Below are positions 41,064 through 50,057 of a stretch of DNA of 64,000 nt, in pieces. Position 1 is the first letter of the stretch. Each line of letters opens with the position of its first letter. The position numbers were made by a program, and so were the translations under genes. Source of the DNA: an uncultured Pseudomonadota bacterium (GTDB lineage Bacteria > Pseudomonadota > Alphaproteobacteria > Rs-D84 > CACZYB01); contig CACZYB010000002.1 in assembly GCA_902785275.1 (NCBI GenBank), positions 32,001 to 96,000 of the forward strand. Reading direction: 5' to 3'. The notes beneath the pieces were generated by a model that saw only the letters and a program-made list of their open reading frames with translations, searched no databases and was not told the origin of the DNA.

Positions 41064-42443
41064 TTATTTTCCTTTTGATGCATCCTGCCAATGTTTTGCA
41101 ATAAGACTAGCCTGTTTTTCATCAGCTTCTTCTTCTTTTAATTCATCATAAATTTCTTTATATCTATTTTCGATATAATCTTTACCAAAAGTTGATTCTT
41201 CAAGACCTTTCATTATACGAATAATAACATTTGCATATTTCGATGGAATAGTATCCTTATCTTTTTTGTTGAAAAGATCAATTCCATTCATAAAAGCTTT
41301 TAATTTTGCTTGGCTTTCTTTTGTAACCTTACCATCCTTATCACGTTCAATAAAGCTTATAAAAGTTTTTGTTAAAACTTCATTTGGAATATCACTTTCT
41401 TTTGAAAAATCGAAAAACTTTTTTCTTGGTTCATACTTTGCATTTACCCTTTTTATTGCTTCATCCTTTGATATGTTTTTCTCGTTCATAAGTTCCACAA
41501 CCTCACTTGCAAAGTTAGTTTGTTTTCTTGCTTCAAGTTCTTCATTTAACTTTTGACACAAAAATTGGTTAAAGTATCCTGCGGTTTGAATCTCATTTTC
41601 TTTTAGATTCCAACCAGGTTTAAAATCTGTATCACCCGGAACAATACCCATATTTTTAAATTCATTGAAAGTATCTCTTACTGATGAGTTTTGGCTTCTC
41701 CAGTTTTCAAATTTATCAAGAGATGCCTTGGTTGCGTCAAGCCCTTCATAAAAGAATTTCCAAGGAATAATGATAAATTGGTTAAGTGCAGGTTGAATAA
41801 TTCCCAAAAATTGGTCAAGTTCTGGTATACCAGAGGTTATTTTCTTTTCAACACTATACTTATAAATTTGCTTTGCATCTTCTTTGATTTCGGGCCTTGG
41901 AACATCTTTAAAATCTTCTTTTATGTTTTCAGTTACCGATCCAACAGGTCCTTCCTCCTTCTCTTTTGGTGCATCTTCTACAACATTATCGTTGATACCA
42001 GCCTTATATTCATCACTTGCCTCTTGTGCAATTTCTTTGGCTTCTTTTTCTGTGATATTAGGGTACTTTTTCACAATATCATTTGCAACTTCATCAACGG
42101 TTTGTTTTTCAAGCCCAGCCCTTATAATCGCATCAATTTTTTTATCTATGCCATCAACTTCTTCATCCATAAAGTTCTGTATCGATGAAAGATAGCCATT
42201 TTTACCAAGTTTTTCGATTTTTCCATTAAGGTAGTCATTGGCAATATCAAACAAAGGATAATAGTTTAGGTTTGTCTTATCTTTCTTAAGTTCATCTATC
42301 TTATTCAAAGCTTCTTCTTTAGGAAGGCGATCAACAATATCCTTAGTCTTTTCAATCATAAACAAAAGTCCATTTTCAAGTTGCTTTCTGAATGAAATTA
42401 TTGACTCTGTGTTTTTTTCGTCATTATCTAAATTTTTTACCAT
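41064..42443 (-). CDS. Hypothetical charged helical/coiled-coil protein
   Basis: 459-aa ORF, first gene of a tightly spaced minus-strand operon. Confidence 0.7.
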   Translation of the reverse strand: MVKNLDNDEKNTESIISFRKQLENGLLFMIEKTKDIVDRLPKEEALNKIDELKKDKTNLNYYPLFDIANDYLNGKIEKLGKNGYLSSIQNFMDEEVDGIDKKIDAIIRAGLEKQTVDEVANDIVKKYPNITEKEAKEIAQEASDEYKAGINDNVVEDAPKEKEEGPVGSVTENIKEDFKDVPRPEIKEDAKQIYKYSVEKKITSGIPELDQFLGIIQPALNQFIIIPWKFFYEGLDATKASLDKFENWRSQNSSVRDTFNEFKNMGIVPGDTDFKPGWNLKENEIQTAGYFNQFLCQKLNEELEARKQTNFASEVVELMNEKNISKDEAIKRVNAKYEPRKKFFDFSKESDIPNEVLTKTFISFIERDKDGKVTKESQAKLKAFMNGIDLFNKKDKDTIPSKYANVIIRIMKGLEESTFGKDYIENRYKEIYDELKEEEADEKQASLIAKHWQDASKGK

Positions 42444-42517
42444 AAAACACCTTAATTTTATTTGATTATTTTAAATCTATTGTTTATTATATACTAAAAA
42501 GGAGAGAGAGGCAAGAA

Positions 42518-42784
42518 ATGTTTTCTGGAAATTTAAAATTTTTAGTAATTTTGCTAAGTATTATTGGTGGACTTTTTGTAATCGCAAAACTTAAATATTT
42601 TATACTTTTCATTTCATGGACGGTTATTATATTTTGCCTTGGTATCCTTTACATAAAGGCTAACAGTCAGAACAAAGAATTACAGGAAAAAATTGATTTT
42701 TATTTCAGAAAGTTTATGAACTCTAAATTCGTTGAATTTATTGTTTCAATTCGTGATAAAATTCAAAATCAAAGGAAGAAATAA
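42518..42784 (+). CDS. Small two-TM membrane protein
   Basis: Two hydrophobic helices; purine-rich RBS; directly abuts the next gene. Confidence 0.65.
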   Translation: MFSGNLKFLVILLSIIGGLFVIAKLKYFILFISWTVIIFCLGILYIKANSQNKELQEKIDFYFRKFMNSKFVEFIVSIRDKIQNQRKK

Positions 42785-44428
42785 TTGGCGGAAAAAACAG
42801 AAGGCGGATTTTTCAGTATTTTTGGCACCATTATCTCATTCATAAGATGGGGTTTAATGGGGCTATTTATACTATTGCTTTTTGTTTTGGGGGTGAAGTT
42901 TTATCCTGTATTAAAGGATTGCTGGACCTGTAATATTTTTTCCAGTCTTTATAATGCCTTTTCAATAATTGGAGCCTATACCTTTAGTTATTTTCAGGAA
43001 AATATTTTTGTTTTGATTTCTGTTTGTCTTGCCCTTTGGATTGTTTACGAAACATATAAGGCTTTGGAATCAAGCTTAACTTTTCTTATGCCGGATGCTC
43101 CAAAGTTTGATGATGGCTTTTTCAAAAAGATTTATAAAAAGATGTTTTTAACAACTGCGGTTGTTGGGCTTGTCATTTTAAACAGTCCGCGAAATGTTTT
43201 TTCTAATACATTTGAAATCACACTTGATTTCGGAAGCAGTATCAGTCGTGAATTCATTCGAAAGAAAATTGTTGATAAATCACAAATCCCATCTGAATGT
43301 GAAAAAACTTCCCGTGAACTTGTATATTCATCAGAAGGTGTTCTTTCCGATAACACACGCGATGATATGGTTTGCTTTTTAAAAGAAGTAAATATTTTAA
43401 GACAAGATTATATGGATTTGGGTATTGCCCTTGTCGAATATGCAAAGCCAAGTTTGATGAGAATGTTTGGTGATGCTATCTTTGTAAAACTTTCAACACT
43501 TATTTTGGGACATAGTATTTCAAAACGTTTTAGTGCTAAGTGGTTAAAAAAGCAGGAAAAGAAATTAAACAAGCTTTCCAATGGTAAGGATATTGAAAAG
43601 AACAAGAAAAAAATTGAAAAAATAAAAAAGCTTATTGAAAAGGCTGGCGATGATGCTGAAAATGGTGGTAAAAAACAAAAGATAAATAAGGCTGTGGGAC
43701 GTGCTATTTCACGTAGTTCAACCAATCTTGCTTTGGTGGATGCTTTGATTGAGTTTTTTGTTGATGATGATGTTCGTATGGGGCTTGCTGGACTTATGCT
43801 TATTATTGGTCTTTTCCTTGTTAATATGTTCTTTGCATTTGTTATTGTTGAAAAAATGTTATTCTTGGGTGTATCAATTTTGCTTCTTCCTCTTTTGGCC
43901 GCATGTTATATTTTTGAACAGACACGAAGTTTTGCAACTAAGTCACTAAAGGATACTTTCAGTTTTGCCATAGGACTTATTTTTATGAGTATTACAATGG
44001 TAATGTGTGCCGAAATTAATGATTGGATTTTGGGGGGAATGTTCTCTGCTCCTGGTTCATCAAATGTTTCTCGTACACTCGAAGCTATTGCATTGATAAA
44101 GGCTGGTAATATCGAAGAGTTCAACAAACTTGTCGGAACAGATTGGTACTTTGTTTACATTGTCTTTCTAGTAGGTGTTGACTTCTTATTGGTTAAATCT
44201 GCGGGAACTTTTGCTTCATGGTTTAATGGTTCATTTTCAGACTCTGAACTTGTTAAACCATTGTGGAAGATGGGAACATCTGCATATGCAACAACACTAT
44301 CTGTTGTGCGTGAGGTAAAACTTTACGTAAAAGATGGTGATTTAAAATCAAGGGATCGTGGCGCAGTTATCGATAGATTTTTCAGAAATCATTTTGGTAA
44401 AAAGGAGGCAGAAGATGAGAAAAAATAG
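42785..44428 (+). CDS. VirB6/TrbL-like polytopic membrane protein, paralog 1
   Basis: CWTC; PSEC...DMVCFL; core IVEKMLFLGVSILLLPLLAACYIFEQTRSF. Confidence 0.65.
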   Translation: MAEKTEGGFFSIFGTIISFIRWGLMGLFILLLFVLGVKFYPVLKDCWTCNIFSSLYNAFSIIGAYTFSYFQENIFVLISVCLALWIVYETYKALESSLTFLMPDAPKFDDGFFKKIYKKMFLTTAVVGLVILNSPRNVFSNTFEITLDFGSSISREFIRKKIVDKSQIPSECEKTSRELVYSSEGVLSDNTRDDMVCFLKEVNILRQDYMDLGIALVEYAKPSLMRMFGDAIFVKLSTLILGHSISKRFSAKWLKKQEKKLNKLSNGKDIEKNKKKIEKIKKLIEKAGDDAENGGKKQKINKAVGRAISRSSTNLALVDALIEFFVDDDVRMGLAGLMLIIGLFLVNMFFAFVIVEKMLFLGVSILLLPLLAACYIFEQTRSFATKSLKDTFSFAIGLIFMSITMVMCAEINDWILGGMFSAPGSSNVSRTLEAIALIKAGNIEEFNKLVGTDWYFVYIVFLVGVDFLLVKSAGTFASWFNGSFSDSELVKPLWKMGTSAYATTLSVVREVKLYVKDGDLKSRDRGAVIDRFFRNHFGKKEAEDEKK

Positions 44429-46517
44429 TTTTGCCTTTTTGCTTATCTTTTTTGTTTCAATTTTTTCAGGAAATGCTTTTGCTGGAAATTGTTCTTATAA
44501 CGATGCGATAATTTATTTTTCGTCGCCAAGTGTTACACTTTCCTCCTATAATCCAGAATATTATTGCAGTGATATTTTATACCTTATCAAAAACAAAAAG
44601 GGGAATATGTCACTTGATGCATATAAGAAATTATATCCACAAAAGCTTCACAGTAATGTAAAGTATTTACGTTCCCTTGGTCTAACTCCGGACATTATCG
44701 AAGAAGAAATAGAAGATTTTGATTACGACTTTTTGTTAACAAAGGAAACAACAGATACCTATCTAAAAAATTTAATTGCGAACTATCGTTCTGGTGATAA
44801 TATATTTGTCGTTACAGATAATTCCATAGAACCAGATCCTGAATTATTCCAATATAATGCACAGGGTGATATTGTTAATTCCGAAAAAAATTATAAAACA
44901 TGTATCAAAGTAAAGGATTCAAATCCAACTGAAAGTTCACTTTATTCATCCGAAAATGTTGGATATAATCAAATAATAAATGCTATTCCTCCGGCATTAA
45001 GACCTATTGTTGTAAGCGGGGGTAAATTACAAAATATTTTCGATATGGATGTTGCAACAATTGATAATAATCCTGCACTTGGAAAACGAAAATTTGGAGC
45101 AATAACTCCTATGAATGGCCCAAGGTCATTCCGTTTTGTTGATTTTTCAAATGATATCTTTGAAAAAAATAACAGTACATCTATTGAATGGATTGATAAG
45201 GTTTGCAAACCTTCAAGTTTAGAAGATAAGGTAAAACGAAACAGTACATGCTTCCTTTGCCCATACATTGTTATGATATTTGATGAAGTTTCATACATAT
45301 TTGATTACATGTATAAAACATTTAAATATACTATGCTTATATTCTTAATAGTATTTGGAAGTCTTTTTATCGTATTTGAGTTTTTAAAAGGTTTTTCATC
45401 CCTTCCATTTACCGCTGATTTTTCTGGTTATCCAAAGACTATTGCAAAAAAGTTACAGGCAATACTTATTGTTGTTACAATAATTTGGATACCACCAAGA
45501 AATCTTTTCTCATGGACGATACAGCCTGTTCTTGATTTAACAATTTATATTTCTGATACAATAATGGAGGTTGGAAATAAATCTGGTAATCAATACAAAT
45601 GTAATGGAGATACTATCGTTGATGAAATTAATCAAAAGCGTATCGAAGAACATAAAGAATTTCAGGTTCCACCAGTCGTAAAGCAAAAGCAACTTGCTAA
45701 TATCCAGTTAATAGAAGATGCTTCAATCCTTTCTAAAACAACAATGGGAAATATCATTTGCTTTTTAAATAATACACTAGAGGCAAACGGTAAACAAATG
45801 ACCATGGGTGAAATTTTGGTAACAAAAGCATTCAGTTTTTCTAAACATCCAGAATATGAATACCGTTTTCTTGGATTTATTTTTGGTGTCATAGTTTTTG
45901 GTTTGTATTTTTTAATCAGTATAATGATTTCATTCTATATTTTGGATGGGCTTCTTGAATTTTTCAAAATTGCAATTATGTGGCCATTCTTTGTGTTTGG
46001 TTATGCGTTCCAGTATACAAAGTTTAATGTAAAAAGTATAATAGGTACGGCAAAAAGCTTTGGTTTAACATTGATAAATATTGCAGTATTTTCAGTTTTC
46101 AATTCTGCACTTTTGAATAGTTTCTATTTCGTTGGCACACGTGAAAATTTGCTTACCATACTTAACGAAGCGATTAAAAAGGATGATGTTTCAATAATTC
46201 TTAAAAATGTGCCAAGTGATCCACTTGCTATAACTCAATTCTTGTTCATCGTGTTCTGTATTTATTACATTTATTCAAAGCTTGGTGTATTGGCATCATC
46301 TTATGGTGGCTCTATGGGTGGAATAAGTATTGGAAATAATATCAGAAATATTGTAAACTCTTCCCGAAGTGCGATTACATCTGTTACCAGAAAGCTTGAT
46401 GATAAAGCAAGAAAGTTTTCAAAAAAATCAAATGAAGAGGATGAAATTCCACAGCCGGAACAACCAAAACAAGAAGAAAATGACAAAGCTAATGAAGAGG
46501 AAACAACCAATGCGTAA
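44415..46517 (+). CDS. VirB6/TrbL-like protein, paralog 2, with signal peptide and N-terminal soluble domain
   Basis: GGAGG RBS; CFLC; YKC...NIICFL; ILDGLLEFFKIAIMWPFFVFGYAFQYTKF. Confidence 0.65.
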   Translation: MRKNSFAFLLIFFVSIFSGNAFAGNCSYNDAIIYFSSPSVTLSSYNPEYYCSDILYLIKNKKGNMSLDAYKKLYPQKLHSNVKYLRSLGLTPDIIEEEIEDFDYDFLLTKETTDTYLKNLIANYRSGDNIFVVTDNSIEPDPELFQYNAQGDIVNSEKNYKTCIKVKDSNPTESSLYSSENVGYNQIINAIPPALRPIVVSGGKLQNIFDMDVATIDNNPALGKRKFGAITPMNGPRSFRFVDFSNDIFEKNNSTSIEWIDKVCKPSSLEDKVKRNSTCFLCPYIVMIFDEVSYIFDYMYKTFKYTMLIFLIVFGSLFIVFEFLKGFSSLPFTADFSGYPKTIAKKLQAILIVVTIIWIPPRNLFSWTIQPVLDLTIYISDTIMEVGNKSGNQYKCNGDTIVDEINQKRIEEHKEFQVPPVVKQKQLANIQLIEDASILSKTTMGNIICFLNNTLEANGKQMTMGEILVTKAFSFSKHPEYEYRFLGFIFGVIVFGLYFLISIMISFYILDGLLEFFKIAIMWPFFVFGYAFQYTKFNVKSIIGTAKSFGLTLINIAVFSVFNSALLNSFYFVGTRENLLTILNEAIKKDDVSIILKNVPSDPLAITQFLFIVFCIYYIYSKLGVLASSYGGSMGGISIGNNIRNIVNSSRSAITSVTRKLDDKARKFSKKSNEEDEIPQPEQPKQEENDKANEEETTNA

Positions 46518-48501
46518 ATTAAAATATTTCTTGATGCTCATTTCTTTTGTCTTTGTTATGCAAAGCAATATTTCCTTTTCTGCAACACATAATTGTCAAA
46601 ATCCGGAACTTTATTTGCTATCAAATGACGAAGTTAATATGTCCAATTCAGAATTTTACTGTTGGGAGATAAGATATTTAAAACAATACCATAATCTTTT
46701 ATCAACATCAATGAATTCATATTACAGTTTTTATGCAAAAAATTTGGATAAGGATAATATCGAAGTTTTACGAAAGCTTGGTGTCACACCGGAAAAATAT
46801 GACTATCTTAAAAAGTATTTTATTGATGAAGATGATGACGAAGAAGATGATTTCAAAAAGGTTATTGAAATTGCTATTTCTCGTTCAAAAAAAACTTTAA
46901 CAGACAAAGTTGAATATAAGTACGGAAATCCAATTTTTTCAGTAGGAAGTTTTTTGCATCCATTGCATAATACTTTGGAAACTTTAAAAAGTATTCCATC
47001 AAATATAATTCCAAAGAAAACAGTTTATGATAGTTTTCTTAAAATATTTGGGCAAAAATGTATACCTTCCTATGCAAATAATATTTCAAAAGTAATAAAT
47101 AAATATCCATCTGCACTACAACCTGTTGGTGTGATTGGTAAATATTTTGTAAATGCTTTTGGAGAGGTTTCTCTTGAACTTAATCATGTAAAAGAAAATC
47201 TTTTTTACCCAACGTATGATATCAGATTGCCAAATAATGAAAAATCTTATGGTAATTGGGATACAAAGTATTGTAGTGTTTCTGATTTCGGCCGTACAAT
47301 GAAAAGGGCATTTTCTTGCACACCATGTACAATGTTTGAAATTGCATTTAATACAGTTTCAAGAGTTGGTTTCGTTTTGTATGATAAGCTTTCACGTTTT
47401 GCAATTGAGTTGATGATTGTTTTATTTTCTCTTTGGTCATTACTAATGTTCTTTGATAATGCGATAAAAAAGCAAGATGGTTTTTCATATATAAAAACAT
47501 TCTTTTCAAAAATTATTTGGGTATTTATCGTAGGTGCATTTTTATCCGTATCAATAAAGGATGAAAATAATATTGTTAATTATACGATACGTCCTATTAC
47601 TGATTTTATGGTTGGATATAGCAATGTTATGACCCGTGCCATAGATACCACCCATTCAGAGTGGACCTGTAAATATGCAACAAGGGATTTAAAGGATAAC
47701 AAATATCTTTTTTCAAAGGATGTAAAGCAAGATATCGTTTGCACCATTGAACGAATTGCTGATTTTAATAATCTAAATATATTGGTTGGTGTAAGTGTGA
47801 TGAAACAAGGTTTTTCACAAGTTATGGATATTGAAATAGGAAGTGGTGTTACAAAAATTTTGCTTGGTCTTACCATTGCGGGAATATTCTTTATATTCAA
47901 TTTATCCGTGCCATATTACTTTATCGAGTCACTTTTCCATATTGCACTTGTCGTATTTCTTTTCCCATTGTTTTTGATGGCGTATGCATTTGATAAAGGA
48001 AAGTCATTTGTTAAAAATGGATTTGATACATTTCTTTCATCAATTTCACAAATTATCGCCTTATCCATTATGTGTTCAGTAATAAGTTTATTGATGTACT
48101 ATATTTCATCAATCAATTTTTACGATTTGCAAAAAGCAATAGAAACAAATAATAGCCAAGAAGTTGCATCATCAATGCTTTTGTTTTATTCCTTTAACAC
48201 AAATTATCTTTTGGAAATTATTTATACAGGAATTATTTGCTGGTGGCTTTTATCTAAGTCATTGGAATTTGCGAATGCATTTGGTTCAAGTCATGATGAG
48301 TTACCAAAAACATTTGGTAAATTTATGGGCAGTTCGGTTAAGGCTGCGACAAGTGTTGTTGTCGACTATGCTTATATGAAAATGAAGGCAAGTACTTTGG
48401 CTGAAAAACTTCGAAAGGATAAAGATAAAGAAGCGAAAAATCTTCAAAAAGCAAAAAATCTTGCTAATGAAATTTTGGAAAAAGTAGGTGAAAAGAAATG
48501 A
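46510..48501 (+). CDS. VirB6/TrbL-like protein, paralog 3, with signal peptide and N-terminal soluble domain
   Basis: CTPC; WTC...DIVCTI; FIESLFHIALVVFLFPLFLMAYAFDKGKSF. Confidence 0.65.
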   Translation: MRKLKYFLMLISFVFVMQSNISFSATHNCQNPELYLLSNDEVNMSNSEFYCWEIRYLKQYHNLLSTSMNSYYSFYAKNLDKDNIEVLRKLGVTPEKYDYLKKYFIDEDDDEEDDFKKVIEIAISRSKKTLTDKVEYKYGNPIFSVGSFLHPLHNTLETLKSIPSNIIPKKTVYDSFLKIFGQKCIPSYANNISKVINKYPSALQPVGVIGKYFVNAFGEVSLELNHVKENLFYPTYDIRLPNNEKSYGNWDTKYCSVSDFGRTMKRAFSCTPCTMFEIAFNTVSRVGFVLYDKLSRFAIELMIVLFSLWSLLMFFDNAIKKQDGFSYIKTFFSKIIWVFIVGAFLSVSIKDENNIVNYTIRPITDFMVGYSNVMTRAIDTTHSEWTCKYATRDLKDNKYLFSKDVKQDIVCTIERIADFNNLNILVGVSVMKQGFSQVMDIEIGSGVTKILLGLTIAGIFFIFNLSVPYYFIESLFHIALVVFLFPLFLMAYAFDKGKSFVKNGFDTFLSSISQIIALSIMCSVISLLMYYISSINFYDLQKAIETNNSQEVASSMLLFYSFNTNYLLEIIYTGIICWWLLSKSLEFANAFGSSHDELPKTFGKFMGSSVKAATSVVVDYAYMKMKASTLAEKLRKDKDKEAKNLQKAKNLANEILEKVGEKK

Positions 48502-50057
48502 ACGTTAATGAAAAGGCAAAAGAAATTGCTACAGATAAAATAAAGAGTGTGCTTCATTTTTCTCTTGTAAGCATAAAATTTATATTTACATACATTATCT
48601 TTGGCTTTTTTGGCCTTATTGCACTTGCTATTGTTGGAAGTAAATTAAGTGGCGATTGGACTGTTGGTGTATCATTTAACGAATGGTGGGGCTCTATGAC
48701 CAAACTTCCACTTGTTAATGGAAAATTTTCCGCCGTTGATCCTGGTACATGTCTTGTCTGTGATTTATTTTCCAAATGCTTTGATTTAATGAGTGTTATG
48801 GGATTAAAGATGTATATTTATATCGCAGATGTTGCATGGACACTTATTACCATGGGTTTTGCTGTTTGGATTTTGATGTATATGTACGACCATTTGATAA
48901 AAGAACAAGATGGTGATGTACATAAAATGATTGTTGATGTCGCAAAAAGAATTATAATAATAAGTATTGTTGGTGTTGCACTATTTTCAACAAGTGATAA
49001 GTCAAAAAATGAAAAATATCTTCAATATATTTCAAATACTATTGTTGACAGTACCGCTGTCCCAGTCCTTAAAATGGGGGTAGGTGTCGGTGCAAAAATT
49101 CTTGATACTAATATTTGTTCATCACTAAGTTATCCAAAAACAGAAGTGCAGGGAATGTTAAGTTCTGAATTAAAAGAAGATATGCTTTGTCTTTTGAATA
49201 CGGTAAGCAGTGTTTACCTAAGTGCAATGAGTGCTGGTTCAAATATGGTTGCCATGTCATGGAAAAGTTTTGCTTCTAATCCTGTAAAATACAAAAGTAA
49301 TTTACCTGATATTGTCGCCGGTATGTCACTTATTGCTATATTCTTAATTATGTATGTGACAATACCGTTTATGTTGATTGATATAGTCTTTACCTTTGGT
49401 ATATTACTTTCATTTTTGCCACTTATGATTGGTGGTTATGCGTATGATAATACAAAGGGCTTTTCCAAAAAGGGTATCGATTCGCTTTGGGGAATGTGCT
49501 TCTACATTATAATATATTCAATATTCCTTGGTATAATATATTCATCGTTCGTTTATATTGCCGATATGTATTATCCTGGCCCACTTGATAACTTCACATA
49601 TCTTTTCCCTGATTTTATGTACAAAGATATGGTTGGAAGTCAAACAGCAAACCTTATGAAAAGTCAGGCGTTTGCATCATGCTATAATGCTGCGAATGGT
49701 AATATTTCACAAATTCAAAATTGCCTTCTAAAGGTTGGAATAGAATTCGAAATGCCAAATTTCGAAAACCCAGGTGGAAGCTTCTTACCAATGTTTACAT
49801 TTGGACTTTTATCCCTTATGATTATGGGAAGTGTAAAGGTTTATTCCGGATTATTAAAAGGCTATACTTTTGAAATTGGCGCTGCATCAATGAAGCTTAT
49901 CCAATCTTCATGGGGGTGGATAACAAGTAAGGTTTCACGTGAAGTCAAAGGCTTTAGAAAAATTGTTTCAGAGGCAGCTCTTAAAAAAGATGATATTAAT
50001 AAACAGGCCGATGCGGTTGTTGATGAAGCAAAGGATGTAGAGGATACCGAAGAATGA
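48498..50057 (+). CDS. VirB6/TrbL-like protein, paralog 4
   Basis: CLVC; NIC...DMLCLL; LIDIVFTFGILLSFLPLMIGGYAYDNTKGF; ATGA overlap. Confidence 0.65.
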   Translation: MNVNEKAKEIATDKIKSVLHFSLVSIKFIFTYIIFGFFGLIALAIVGSKLSGDWTVGVSFNEWWGSMTKLPLVNGKFSAVDPGTCLVCDLFSKCFDLMSVMGLKMYIYIADVAWTLITMGFAVWILMYMYDHLIKEQDGDVHKMIVDVAKRIIIISIVGVALFSTSDKSKNEKYLQYISNTIVDSTAVPVLKMGVGVGAKILDTNICSSLSYPKTEVQGMLSSELKEDMLCLLNTVSSVYLSAMSAGSNMVAMSWKSFASNPVKYKSNLPDIVAGMSLIAIFLIMYVTIPFMLIDIVFTFGILLSFLPLMIGGYAYDNTKGFSKKGIDSLWGMCFYIIIYSIFLGIIYSSFVYIADMYYPGPLDNFTYLFPDFMYKDMVGSQTANLMKSQAFASCYNAANGNISQIQNCLLKVGIEFEMPNFENPGGSFLPMFTFGLLSLMIMGSVKVYSGLLKGYTFEIGAASMKLIQSSWGWITSKVSREVKGFRKIVSEAALKKDDINKQADAVVDEAKDVEDTEE

